Of a stretch of DNA of 64,000 nucleotides, positions 1 through 9,612 are shown in pieces. The stretch comes from a virus. The notes under the pieces are model-generated. The model had not been told where the DNA came from and did not search any database. It was given only the letters and a program-made list of their open reading frames with translations. The position numbers and the translations under genes are program-made. The stretch is taken from positions 32,001 to 96,000 of IMG/VR virus record IMGVR_UViG_3300028048_000061; one strand, written 5' to 3'. Each line of letters starts with the position of its first letter. Position 1 is the stretch's first letter.

Positions 1-3
1 ATA

Positions 4-597
4 GTGACGTTGGAAAACCCAATGACACTAAGAGACGCCGTAAAGAAGGTAAATAAGGGATTGCCAGAATATTTGTTTGTTAGAGATATGTCAATCTCTT
101 GGGACGATGGAGGGCCAATAAAAAATGATTTGGTATTGTCATATAGTCCAGAAGCTCCAGAGCGTGACGCAGATACAAGCACTTCCGCAAAGACCACGAC
201 CACACCTGATAATGTATCATCAGGCACACAAGGCACAGACCAATCTACAAGTGGAAGCGGAATATCTACGCCAACCGATACGCAAACGGAAGACAACAAC
301 AATGTCAATATATGGACAGAAATCTCTAATGTTGTTTTAAATCATATCAAGGTAACAGAGGGAAAACGTAACGGTTATATACGAAGATTATATCTTGCAG
401 ATACAAAATGGGTAAACATTGCAAAGATTATTCAAGGACATAATATTACAGGGGGCGCTCCTTGGACAAAAGACTTGGTCATAAGGACAATTTATTACAT
501 CAAAAAAGATAAGATAACCTCAAAAGAAGCATTCAATAAAGCTTTGAAACACGAACAAGGTTCAAAGGCCTATACATATCAAAGGCATATTAGGTGA
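4..597 (+). CDS. C-terminal part of a baseplate hub-like tail protein (5' truncated by window edge), paralogue of the next gene
   Basis: TLENPM..KGLPEYLFVRDMSISW..LSYSPEAPER matches VTLKNPM..KIPEYLFVEGVSISW..LKYGPESPER in ORF 594..2177; followed by an S/T-rich linker and a different C-terminal domain. Confidence 0.55.
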   Translation: MTLENPMTLRDAVKKVNKGLPEYLFVRDMSISWDDGGPIKNDLVLSYSPEAPERDADTSTSAKTTTTPDNVSSGTQGTDQSTSGSGISTPTDTQTEDNNNVNIWTEISNVVLNHIKVTEGKRNGYIRRLYLADTKWVNIAKIIQGHNITGGAPWTKDLVIRTIYYIKKDKITSKEAFNKALKHEQGSKAYTYQRHIR

Positions 598-2177
598 GAA
601 ATATGACACATTTTGTACTCGGTTCAGATAGAATAGACAAAAATGAAAGGACATGGCTTAATGCCATCAAAAATCGATTGCAACAGTCAGGGCATCAAGT
701 TACTGATGTAGGGGTTGGTCCAAACGTTGTTCAAGCCTATGGAGGAAGGTCTGGAGCTAAGGGGAAAATAGGTCTTATTCTAGTCGGTGGTTCGGATTTA
801 GGAATGTATGAAGATTTTTATCAAGGTCTAACAAGAGGATATTATCATTATGATAAGATGGGTGTCTTGTTTGACTCTTGGTCGGGTTCAAAAAAAGGCA
901 CAACCACTTGTAACGGCATTAAGAATTATAAGTTAGGCAGAGCTCACGACGACCATTATTCTTCCGCAGCAACCATAGCGCGAATTAAGGGGCAAACAGC
1001 TGATGAGTATTTTGCTAAACATTCTGACAAGCTTTTTTATGCCTGTACAGAAAGGTCAGGTGTAGAAGGATGTAATGAGTTGGCAGATATTGCAGCATCA
1101 CAAGGATATGGTTCGTCAACAGGTGGAACAACAACCGTTAATGGTCAATTTTCAAATCCAATGTTGGCGGGTGAAAAGACTTTTCAAGAAATCATATCTG
1201 AAATATGCGATGGAATTGATATTCTCTTCTTGTGCAAAAAGAATAGAGTTGTCGTAACTGATTTTGAACAGATATATGCCGATGCATTATATCTTCGAGA
1301 ACATAATGATGACCACACAAAAGACGAGGACATAAAATTATGGCAATTGGAAGACGGCTCATATGAATTGAATGTCGACCAGTTTGGATTTTACAATGCA
1401 GTCATCGTATACTATAGCGGCGGAAAGATATATGAGCAGTTTGATGACCTTGTTGATGTATATGGAGTGCAAGTTAAAGTGTATAATGACAAGACCCTTA
1501 CAAAATCTCAAGCGCAAGCCAAAGCAAAAGCATACTTGGCAGCTCACGTGCGAGATTTTAATATGGGAATCAATGCATCTGTATTAGAAAATGGTATCGA
1601 CATTGGGGATATAGTAACACTCAAAAATCCAATGAGTTACCATAAGTATAAAAAAATACCAGAATATCTGTTTGTAGAAGGTGTCTCAATCTCTTGGAGT
1701 GGTGATTATATTTATACTGATTTGGAATTGAAATATGGTCCAGAATCACCAGAGCGACCAGAGGTTCCGACGACCGGTGTAGGAAGTGTTAGAGGAAGTA
1801 GTTCAGGCAATACGGACGAAAGCGGATTAATACAAATAGGAAATGACTTGGCGTCAAAATATAAATTCAGTCGTAAAGTAGCATCATCATATTGTGCAAT
1901 GCGTGCCGCAGGAACTGGAGACTGTTTCGCTTGGAGCGGAGCATTATGGCAAGAACTTAAAAACGCCGGATACACACCAAGAGTAGTACAATATCCAACA
2001 GCATACTCTCCACATCATAGAAGCGTTCAATATAAAGACGCAAGTGGGCAATGGGTCGACTATCCATATAGTAGCACAAACATACCATGGGGAGCGAAAG
2101 CAACATCTGGAGCTAAAAACGGAACAATTGTAGTCGACGAAAACGGATTAGGTTCTGCAAGCAATATAGTATGTTAA
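594..2177 (+). CDS. Baseplate hub (gp27/late-control D-like) fused to a C-terminal transglutaminase-like cysteine peptidase; probable virion-associated pseudomurein hydrolase
   Basis: Central region AQAKAKAYLAAH..GIDIGDIVTL resembles hub proteins; C-terminus has GDCFAWS..RVVQY..HHRSVQ..WVDYPY (Cys-His-Asp triad pattern); uncharacterised N-terminal alpha/beta domain (GSDRI..GVGPN..RAHDD). Confidence 0.6.
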   Translation: MRNMTHFVLGSDRIDKNERTWLNAIKNRLQQSGHQVTDVGVGPNVVQAYGGRSGAKGKIGLILVGGSDLGMYEDFYQGLTRGYYHYDKMGVLFDSWSGSKKGTTTCNGIKNYKLGRAHDDHYSSAATIARIKGQTADEYFAKHSDKLFYACTERSGVEGCNELADIAASQGYGSSTGGTTTVNGQFSNPMLAGEKTFQEIISEICDGIDILFLCKKNRVVVTDFEQIYADALYLREHNDDHTKDEDIKLWQLEDGSYELNVDQFGFYNAVIVYYSGGKIYEQFDDLVDVYGVQVKVYNDKTLTKSQAQAKAKAYLAAHVRDFNMGINASVLENGIDIGDIVTLKNPMSYHKYKKIPEYLFVEGVSISWSGDYIYTDLELKYGPESPERPEVPTTGVGSVRGSSSGNTDESGLIQIGNDLASKYKFSRKVASSYCAMRAAGTGDCFAWSGALWQELKNAGYTPRVVQYPTAYSPHHRSVQYKDASGQWVDYPYSSTNIPWGAKATSGAKNGTIVVDENGLGSASNIVC

Positions 2178-2191
2178 TTTTTTTATTAATT

Positions 2192-2203
2192 AACATTTAT
2201 ATA
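2192..2203 (+). promoter_or_regulatory. Archaeal TATA-box promoter upstream of the homing endonuclease
   Basis: AACATTTATATA, identical to the first 12 nt of the repeated viral promoter motif, about 50 nt upstream of the ATG at 2254. Confidence 0.55.
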
Positions 2204-2253
2204 AATTCTTAACTAATAATTATTAATATATAAAAGTTTTTTAGAGGTATTAT

Positions 2254-3093
2254 ATGGCAAAAGGAATATATTGCTATATTGATAAGAAAGATAATCAAAT
2301 AGTATATGTTGGCAAAGATTCGAACATCGACAAAAACAAGAGGCGTAGACAGCATTTAACTCCTTCTAGGTATAATGCACAACCAATCAATTGTATTCTG
2401 CAGAACAATCCAGATAGATACACTTATCAAGTGCTTGTTTGGAGCGTAGAAGACGAAAATACTTTAAATGCTTTGGAAATCCAGTATATACGACAATTAC
2501 AGCCTAGATTTAATTTTACCGAGGGCGGAGATGGGATGTCTGGTTTTAGGCATTCTGAAGAAACAAGAAAAAAGATGAGTGAAGCTCGGAAAGGCGAAAA
2601 TCATCCAATGTATGGAAAAACACATTCCGAAGAAACAAGAAAAAAGATGAGTGAATCTCAGAAAGGCGAAAATAATCCAATGTATGGAAAAACACTTTCT
2701 GAAAAAACAAGAAAAAAGATAAGCGAATCTCAGAATACAACAGGGTTTTATAGAGTGACTAAACAAAAAGACAACAATTGCAAGCAAGGCTTCACGTGGC
2801 GTTATCAATATCCATATAAATCGACAAGAAAAACGATTTCCTCTACTGATTTGAAAAAATTAGAAAAAAAAGTGAGAAAAGAGGGGTTGGAATGGAAAAT
2901 TATTAATGAAAAAAGAGCTCAAAAATCATTGGAAGAAAATAATAGATATCGTACAAACAATAAAAGAAAGTGTTTGTCATCAACCTCTTTAAAAACGTTA
3001 GAAAAAAGAGTTCGAGAAAACAATCTTAAATGGCAAATTGTTAATAATGAAAAAGCAAAACAATCAATATTGTTGGATGGATGTGATATATAA
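2254..3093 (+). CDS. Free-standing GIY-YIG homing endonuclease with NUMOD3 repeats and an AP2-like region
   Basis: N-terminal GIYCY..IVYVGK motif; HSEETRKKMSE..GENHPMYGK repeats; TTGFYRV..WRYQY segment; duplicated C-terminal S.T.LK.LEK.VR...L.W.I motif. Confidence 0.9.
   Translation: MAKGIYCYIDKKDNQIVYVGKDSNIDKNKRRRQHLTPSRYNAQPINCILQNNPDRYTYQVLVWSVEDENTLNALEIQYIRQLQPRFNFTEGGDGMSGFRHSEETRKKMSEARKGENHPMYGKTHSEETRKKMSESQKGENNPMYGKTLSEKTRKKISESQNTTGFYRVTKQKDNNCKQGFTWRYQYPYKSTRKTISSTDLKKLEKKVRKEGLEWKIINEKRAQKSLEENNRYRTNNKRKCLSSTSLKTLEKRVRENNLKWQIVNNEKAKQSILLDGCDI
2551..2734 (+). repeat. 72-bp tandem repeat (about 2.5 copies) encoding NUMOD3 motifs
   Basis: cattc(t/c)gaagaaacaagaaaaaagatgagtgaa...ccaatgtatggaaaaaca at 2551 and 2623, partial copy at 2695. 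Confidence 0.9.
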
Positions 3094-3917
3094 TGGGCGA
3101 CATACGGAATCATTCAGCAACCAACGCTTATTTTCGTGACAATTTTAAAAGGCTCGCAGGAACCAAAACTCAAAAGGGTGATTTAAATACCTCTGATGGC
3201 TCTGTGATTTATGATACTGGCATATTATTGAGAATAGAAAAAAAGAAAATTTTACAGAACGGTTGGATAGTTGAAGTTAATGATAAAACATATCGTTGCA
3301 CAAACGACTCTGAACGACTCACCGTTCCAAAGCATACAGAATCAACAGAGTATTACGTTCCCACAGAAACAATTCAAGTTGACGTATCATTAGACACAAC
3401 ACATAAAATCTACAAGTTATTGCGTATGCGACTGTCAAACGAAGATGGAGTGTCAGTAGTGCAATCAAATGGGCAATTGACATTATTGAGTCCTTCAGCA
3501 TCATCAATATTACCATTCGTTTCATCATCACACGAAACGGCAGAGCAGACAAGAAAAAAGCAAGAAAAGGCAGACGGTAGCGCAATCGCGTTAAGGGAAG
3601 ATAGCATATCACTCGTCGGAAAAGTGTTCGTGAATAACGTGGACCTTGAAAACGCATTAAGTAACACGGTCACCACGGCCTCAGCAACACAGATGGAGAC
3701 AACAAACACCATAATAACGTCAGACGCAATAAACATCAAATTCGAACACGTATATTCGCAAATGCCCAGCTTAACCTTGACAAACGCAAAAAAAGAACCA
3801 TTAAATTACACTTACACATTCATCACCGACACAAACGGAAAATATACAGGAGCTAATGTCCATTTCACAGAAGCTTCTGAACAAGAAATCAACATTCTGA
3901 TAGTAGGAAGTCCATAG
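3093..3917 (+). CDS. Putative baseplate/spike-associated structural protein
   Basis: Position after the hub gene; beta-rich; TAATG overlap with the upstream gene; no diagnostic motif. Confidence 0.35.
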   Translation: MGDIRNHSATNAYFRDNFKRLAGTKTQKGDLNTSDGSVIYDTGILLRIEKKKILQNGWIVEVNDKTYRCTNDSERLTVPKHTESTEYYVPTETIQVDVSLDTTHKIYKLLRMRLSNEDGVSVVQSNGQLTLLSPSASSILPFVSSSHETAEQTRKKQEKADGSAIALREDSISLVGKVFVNNVDLENALSNTVTTASATQMETTNTIITSDAINIKFEHVYSQMPSLTLTNAKKEPLNYTYTFITDTNGKYTGANVHFTEASEQEINILIVGSP

Positions 3918-3926
3918 GAGAATAAA

Positions 3927-5561
3927 ATGACAGAAAATGATAATATAAGACATTATATAGGTAGCTTGGAAGCCACAGAGGACATTGATGTTATGTTCAA
4001 GCATATCTATGACCTTATGCTAGCAAATGGAGGAGAAGGGTCAGGATTAAACGCCGATATGCTTGACGGGTATCATGCATCGGATTTCGCACCGGCATCA
4101 TTAAAGGATGATATGGATTATTCTATCCAAGAAATTATTATTAATGGGCGAAGCTATAACAAAGGCGAGCCATTAGAAATACAGATAGGAGATATCATCA
4201 ATGCTGGTACAACCAATTATACGACAGCAGAATTTGATACACTAGCAAAAATAATTAACAATATTAAAACTTCAATAGAAGGATTAGACACAAGAACAGA
4301 AAATGTCGAAGATGGATTAAATAATGTAGGCAATATATCACGCTTTTTAGATAACGAAGATATGAGAGATGCATTAACCGCATTGACAGAAAATAATCTT
4401 CAAATTATTGGAGAAGGTATTGAGCAAAAATATTATTTAGATGCAGACAGTATTAATGGATTGTCATTACAGGTTGTAACTCAAGAAATGTATGATAATC
4501 TAGAGAATGATATTAAATTAGACCCACGAAACGTTTTCATTATTAATAATGATATCGGAGAGGCAATTGATGATGGAGAGTATGCGCCTCCAAGTATTTT
4601 GCAAGCAGGGATAAATCTTCAATTTGATATTAATCCAAATACTCACAATCTTGAATATTCCATTGACGGACGAACTTGGAAAACACTAAAAAATATTGTA
4701 GGGACAGAAAACAACAAAGGATTCTTGTATCCAACGTGGTTTAGCTTAATAAAAGATGTTATCGAAACCGAAGAACTAGAATTAGACCAAGAAGATTATC
4801 CATTCCTCTTAAATTCAGATGATGCAAAAGCAGAATTAGCCGATGAAATACAAGATTTAACAGAATATAAAGTTGGTGGGGTTACTATTGGATTACAATC
4901 AGTTACACCAACGTCATCAGAAACAAACATTGATATAACAAATCAACTAGACGCCTATTTAAATACATGGGTACAGAACCAAACAAACACTAATACGTTA
5001 AAGCAACAACTAGGTATCAATAATATTCTTTCGACCGTAAGCACCATAAACACACAATATGAAAACAAAAACAATAAACGGTCAAGCATGGTTGGTAGCG
5101 GAAATACAACAGAATATCCATCAACAAAAGCAATTGTTGACTATATTAATCCTATTCAATCGTCATTACAGAATCAAATTAATTCCCTTAAACAACTTTT
5201 AACGTTAAAAACAGGTTCGGCACCGGCATACACAACTTTCTTTAACGGAACAATATACTTCAGGAAAATAGGTGGCTGGGTATTTGTAACTGGAAGTTGT
5301 AAAACAAAAACGACCGTAAATTATACCGGATATGATGATTATTGGAATTTTTGTATGATTCCAAGCGGTTTTGAACCAAATGATACTTGTCGTGTTGTTG
5401 CTCAATGTAATGCATCAGATAAATGTTTTATTTATTTTAATACAGATGGAGCCGCTTTGATAGGCCGATTTGATTATCTTAACAAAAGAGCTGGAACGTA
5501 TACTCTTCCAAAAGATTATTGGATAACTATGTCTACATCATACCCAGCTAAATATCCATAG
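3927..5561 (+). CDS. Tail fibre / receptor-binding protein
   Basis: GSGLNADMLDGYHASDF fibre motif; YPSTKAIVDY repeat variant; coiled coil followed by a C-terminal beta head (YFRKIGGWVFVTG..IPSGFEP). Confidence 0.65.
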   Translation: MTENDNIRHYIGSLEATEDIDVMFKHIYDLMLANGGEGSGLNADMLDGYHASDFAPASLKDDMDYSIQEIIINGRSYNKGEPLEIQIGDIINAGTTNYTTAEFDTLAKIINNIKTSIEGLDTRTENVEDGLNNVGNISRFLDNEDMRDALTALTENNLQIIGEGIEQKYYLDADSINGLSLQVVTQEMYDNLENDIKLDPRNVFIINNDIGEAIDDGEYAPPSILQAGINLQFDINPNTHNLEYSIDGRTWKTLKNIVGTENNKGFLYPTWFSLIKDVIETEELELDQEDYPFLLNSDDAKAELADEIQDLTEYKVGGVTIGLQSVTPTSSETNIDITNQLDAYLNTWVQNQTNTNTLKQQLGINNILSTVSTINTQYENKNNKRSSMVGSGNTTEYPSTKAIVDYINPIQSSLQNQINSLKQLLTLKTGSAPAYTTFFNGTIYFRKIGGWVFVTGSCKTKTTVNYTGYDDYWNFCMIPSGFEPNDTCRVVAQCNASDKCFIYFNTDGAALIGRFDYLNKRAGTYTLPKDYWITMSTSYPAKYP

Positions 5562-5572
5562 GAGACACCAAA

Positions 5573-6397
5573 ATGACAATTTTAAATCAAAATAAAAAGA
5601 TTTCTGAAGATTATACTTTTATTATAGACGCCGAAGAGTTTTTTGGCGATAATCCAGAGATATATGCTTATCAGAACAATGCATGGTCAACATTGACGGG
5701 AGGGGCTTTTGATACAGCATATCAATTGATTCAAGCCGAGATTTTATCAAACAACACATTAACGTTAATGCCTCCAGACGCCGATATTGACAACCTAACG
5801 GATGATGTATATATTGGAGTGAAGACAAGTAATCAAATTGGATTTCCTGACATTGCAAGTGGTCGTCCATTTATAACAATAATTGATGACGGAGCGATAA
5901 CTTGTATGCCGACGAAATTATCTTCTCTCGAAGGAATAAAAATTGCAGATGCATCAACCTACACACCAGAAGACGGAGAGTATTTATCTGCAAAGCAGAT
6001 ATACAATATAATAGGTTCGGAAGGAGGTGGTGGTGGAGCAAATATCTCCATCACAACAAGCTGGGAAACAACACCGTCAGACGAAAAGGTTCCCTCAGAA
6101 AAATTAGTAAAAGATACCATAGATGCTTTAATTGATTCAGGAGGTGGTGGTGGAGCAGATATCTCCATCGTAACAAGTTGGGAGACAACACCGTCAGATG
6201 TAAAGGTTCCCTCAGAAAAATTAGTAAAAGATACCATAGATACTTTAATTGATTCGGGAAGTGGTGATGGAGCAGATACCCCTATCGTAACAAGTTGGGA
6301 GACAACACCGTCAAATGCAAAGGTTCCCTCAGAAAAATTAGTAAGAGATACCATAGATGATTTAATTGGAGACATAATGAACTATATTGAGGGATAA
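5573..6397 (+). CDS. Tail-fibre-associated protein with three 39-aa repeats
   Basis: (I/V)TSWETTPSD.KVPSEKLVKDTID x3; C-terminus DLIGDIMNYIEG. Confidence 0.55.
   Translation: MTILNQNKKISEDYTFIIDAEEFFGDNPEIYAYQNNAWSTLTGGAFDTAYQLIQAEILSNNTLTLMPPDADIDNLTDDVYIGVKTSNQIGFPDIASGRPFITIIDDGAITCMPTKLSSLEGIKIADASTYTPEDGEYLSAKQIYNIIGSEGGGGGANISITTSWETTPSDEKVPSEKLVKDTIDALIDSGGGGGADISIVTSWETTPSDVKVPSEKLVKDTIDTLIDSGSGDGADTPIVTSWETTPSNAKVPSEKLVRDTIDDLIGDIMNYIEG
6023..6373 (+). repeat. 117-bp tandem repeat x3
   Basis: Units start at 6023, 6140 and 6257 (gga(g/a)gtggtg(g/a)tggagca...gttccctcagaaaaattagtaa). Confidence 0.95.
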
Positions 6398-6398
6398 A

Positions 6399-7124
6399 AT
6401 GATAGATTTATATTTTAAAGTAACCCCTCAAAACTTTCTACACAGAATAGATTCAAAATTAATAGAAAACCAACAAGACGAAGAATATATTTGTCATTTC
6501 ATATTCGAAAGTGATGATTGGCAAGATAAACAGAAATTTGTGACATTCTCCATTAGAAATAAGGAATATACATCACCTCTTAACGAAGAAAATGAATATT
6601 CTAGCCCAATTCCTTATATCGCATTAACAAGCTGTATTATCCATATTAAAGTGCATTGCGATGATATAATCACTAGAAATCAAGTATCATTAGTTGTATC
6701 TCAACCAAAAGAAGAGATAATTTATGAATGTAAAGACCAAGAAGATTATCATGACGTATATGCAGATGCATTTAACAAGATTAACACTAAATTTGATAAC
6801 GCACAATTGGATGGAAACGATATAGTTTTCTATGCTAATGGAGAAGAAATATCAAGAATTTCGTTAGGCATTATTGGACATCAAGCTAATTGGGCAGAAA
6901 CGAATGAATTTGATATAACATATATTCAAAATAAACCGAGCATCATTAATAATTTTAAATACGAAAATGATAATTTAATATGTTTAGAAGATGATGAGGT
7001 TAAACAAACAGTTTCTTTAAAACACAATCATCAATCTATAGATGTTACTGATTTTGATGATGAGGTTGATATTGATTTGAATAGTTTATTAATTAATCTT
7101 ACAGAGAATATAAGGAGTTTATAA
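6399..7124 (+). CDS. BppU-N-like tail/baseplate fibre-associated protein
   Basis: CHFIFESDDWQDKQKFVTF..SPIP resembles BppU N-terminal domains; QANWAET..YIQNKP fibre motif; start refined to ATG 6399. Confidence 0.45.
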   Translation: MIDLYFKVTPQNFLHRIDSKLIENQQDEEYICHFIFESDDWQDKQKFVTFSIRNKEYTSPLNEENEYSSPIPYIALTSCIIHIKVHCDDIITRNQVSLVVSQPKEEIIYECKDQEDYHDVYADAFNKINTKFDNAQLDGNDIVFYANGEEISRISLGIIGHQANWAETNEFDITYIQNKPSIINNFKYENDNLICLEDDEVKQTVSLKHNHQSIDVTDFDDEVDIDLNSLLINLTENIRSL

Positions 7125-7125
7125 T

Positions 7126-8364
7126 ATGGCAGTAGACGCGTCAATAGTAGCGGCTTTTGTACAAGCGCTTACGGATAAATTTGAGAACAAAGTAGCAAAT
7201 AAAAAAAGTGATATATCTGGTGATTTCTCATCAGATACAGTAAGTTATCCAACAGTACAAGCAGTAAAGAGTTTTATATCAAGTGCAATTAGTGGAAAAG
7301 CTAATTCGAGTGATTTGGCTGATGTAGCAACAAGCGGTTCATATACTGATTTAACAAACAAGCCAACAATCCCATCAAAAACATCAGATTTAACAAATGA
7401 TAGTAATTTTTTAACAAGTCATCAAGACATTAGCGGGAAACAAGATAAATCAAATATCGTAACATCATGGAGTGTTACAACATCAGATACAAAATATCCA
7501 AGCGAAAAATTAGTCAAAACCGATTTAGATAATAAAGTTGACAAAGTAACCGGAAAAGGATTGTCCACAAATGATTACGACAACACGGCAAAAAATAAAG
7601 TCGATAACTTAAAAACAGTAGCTACAAGTGGAAGCTACAATGACTTAACAAACAAGCCAACAATTCCAACCGTCGTAAGTACCATAGAAAATGGCAATGC
7701 AAATGCAATATCAAGCGATGCGGTTTATGATGCATTAGCATTGAAGGCAGACAATTCAAGCTTAGCAACAGTAGCTACAAGTGGAAGCTATAATGACTTA
7801 ACAAACAAGCCAACGATTAGTGATTTTGGCGGAGTAGTTACTGTTGAAAAAAAACAAACAGCAGAGACTGGCTATCTTGCAACCTATGAAGTTAAACAAA
7901 ATGGAACAAAAGTAGGAGCAAGCATTAATATTCCTAAAGATTATTTAGTTAAATCTGCAACCGTAGGAGTCGTATCAACAGCAAATAATCCCGTTTCTGG
8001 ATATCAAGTTGGAGATAAGTATTTGGATTTTGTTATCAATACAAAGGATAATACAGGAACCGATGAGCATTTGTATGTATTAGTATCTGATTTAATTGAT
8101 ATTTATGAGGCGGATGAAAGTACATTAACATTAAGTGGTCATACATTTAGCGTGAAAAACGGTGGCATTACACTAGCCAAATTATCAAGTAGTGTGCAAA
8201 CAAGCTTAGGTTACGCAGATGCTTGGAATAGTAGTCCGGCTAAAAATATTACGGCTGCTCAAATCACTAGTTGGGATACGGCAGTAGCTGGTGGTTTAAC
8301 AATAAATGATGTTGATTCAGAAATAGAAGCGTATTTAACAGCGATTACAGAAGCATTAGAATAA
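7126..8364 (+). CDS. Tail fibre protein with VATSGSYNDLTNKPTI repeats
   Basis: Three ATSGSY.DLTNKPTI repeats, KVDKVTGKGLSTNDY motif, SW..D.KYPSEKLVK repeat. Confidence 0.65.
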   Translation: MAVDASIVAAFVQALTDKFENKVANKKSDISGDFSSDTVSYPTVQAVKSFISSAISGKANSSDLADVATSGSYTDLTNKPTIPSKTSDLTNDSNFLTSHQDISGKQDKSNIVTSWSVTTSDTKYPSEKLVKTDLDNKVDKVTGKGLSTNDYDNTAKNKVDNLKTVATSGSYNDLTNKPTIPTVVSTIENGNANAISSDAVYDALALKADNSSLATVATSGSYNDLTNKPTISDFGGVVTVEKKQTAETGYLATYEVKQNGTKVGASINIPKDYLVKSATVGVVSTANNPVSGYQVGDKYLDFVINTKDNTGTDEHLYVLVSDLIDIYEADESTLTLSGHTFSVKNGGITLAKLSSSVQTSLGYADAWNSSPAKNITAAQITSWDTAVAGGLTINDVDSEIEAYLTAITEALE

Positions 8365-8382
8365 ATGAACATATAATCAGAG

Positions 8383-9069
8383 GTGTTTATCATTAATCAA
8401 AATCTCATTGATGATTTCACAGACAAAATAAACGAAAAAGAGAAAAAAAATAATAAAGTAACATCTTGGAGTCCGACAACAACAGACGCCCATTATCCTT
8501 CAGAGAAGTTGGTTAAGGATAGTCTTGACAGTAAAGCGAGTTCGTCACATACTCATGGAAATTTGCAGAACAATGGTCAAGTAGGTAGCACCGCCCAAGC
8601 GAACAAGAATGTTGTAACCGATAGTAGTGGGAAGATTACAACAGAGGACAAACCAACAATTCCTGATGTAAGTGGAAAAGAAGACATTAGTAATAAAACA
8701 TCAAGCTGGAATGCAGCCACAAATAATACGCGTTACCCAACAGAAAAGCTTGTGAAAGATTCTTTAGACCTCAAGGCCAATAGCGCGGACTTATCAACAG
8801 TTGCTACAACTGGCGATTATGAGGATTTGTTGAATTTGCCAGAAGAGATATGTATAACAGATTTCTATTATGATGCAACATCTGACGAATTAGTGTTAAA
8901 CACTTGCACAAATAACGACATAAGCACAATAACAAGCAAGGAAGACAAGTCAAATAAAGTAACATCTTGGAGTGCTACGCCAACACACTCCCATTATCCT
9001 TCAGAAAAGTTGGTTAAGGATTACATAGATGATATGATTGGCAATATAATTGAATATATTGAGGGGTAG
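8383..9069 (+). CDS. Tail-fibre-associated protein with three SW..YPSEKLVKD repeats
   Basis: Repeats shared with neighbouring genes; SHTHGNL motif; C-terminus DMIGNIIEYIEG; start codon uncertain. Confidence 0.55.
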   Translation: MFIINQNLIDDFTDKINEKEKKNNKVTSWSPTTTDAHYPSEKLVKDSLDSKASSSHTHGNLQNNGQVGSTAQANKNVVTDSSGKITTEDKPTIPDVSGKEDISNKTSSWNAATNNTRYPTEKLVKDSLDLKANSADLSTVATTGDYEDLLNLPEEICITDFYYDATSDELVLNTCTNNDISTITSKEDKSNKVTSWSATPTHSHYPSEKLVKDYIDDMIGNIIEYIEG

Positions 9070-9070
9070 A

Positions 9071-9598
9071 ATGACAGAATATCGTACATTATTAAGTAAC
9101 TTCATTAAAAAGTCAAACACATCAGGACTAATCAAAAACAATGGAACTGTTGACACAACAACTTATGCCACATTGAATCAAGTGTATCCAGTTGGCTCAA
9201 TTTATATGAGCATAAACTCGACAGACCCATCAACATTGTTCGGTGGTTCTTGGACGAGATTGAAAGACACATTCCTTTTGGCTTGTGGTGATACATACAG
9301 TTCTGATGGAGATGTTGCGACATCACAACATGGAAGTGCTACTGTAACCTTAACATCTGGACAAAGTGGAGTTCCTGCCCACTCACACAAATATCAAGAT
9401 TACAACACCACCTACACATTAAAGACAACAAATCGTAAACCAGGAACTTCAACTGCCGTTGCATATGGTACAAGTTTGACTGCTGGTGGTGGTGCAACAG
9501 AAAGAACATCAAGCAACAACTCTGCTGCTAATGCAAGTCAAGCACACGAGAACATGCCTCCTTACATGGCGGTATATATGTGGAAGCGAATATCATAA
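9071..9598 (+). CDS. Phage baseplate/tail-collar-type protein (gp10 C-terminal-like)
   Basis: YPVGSIYMS..DPSTLFGGSW..FLL..AHSH..HENMPPYMAVYMWKR signature. Confidence 0.75.
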   Translation: MTEYRTLLSNFIKKSNTSGLIKNNGTVDTTTYATLNQVYPVGSIYMSINSTDPSTLFGGSWTRLKDTFLLACGDTYSSDGDVATSQHGSATVTLTSGQSGVPAHSHKYQDYNTTYTLKTTNRKPGTSTAVAYGTSLTAGGGATERTSSNNSAANASQAHENMPPYMAVYMWKRIS

Positions 9599-9612
9599 AA
9601 AAGGTGAGATTA

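Noticed and set aside
2178-3093. Group I intron housing the GIY-YIG gene
   Set aside because: Both flanking genes appear complete with their own stop and start; the 76-nt upstream gap is AT-rich and promoter-like with no room for an intron core.
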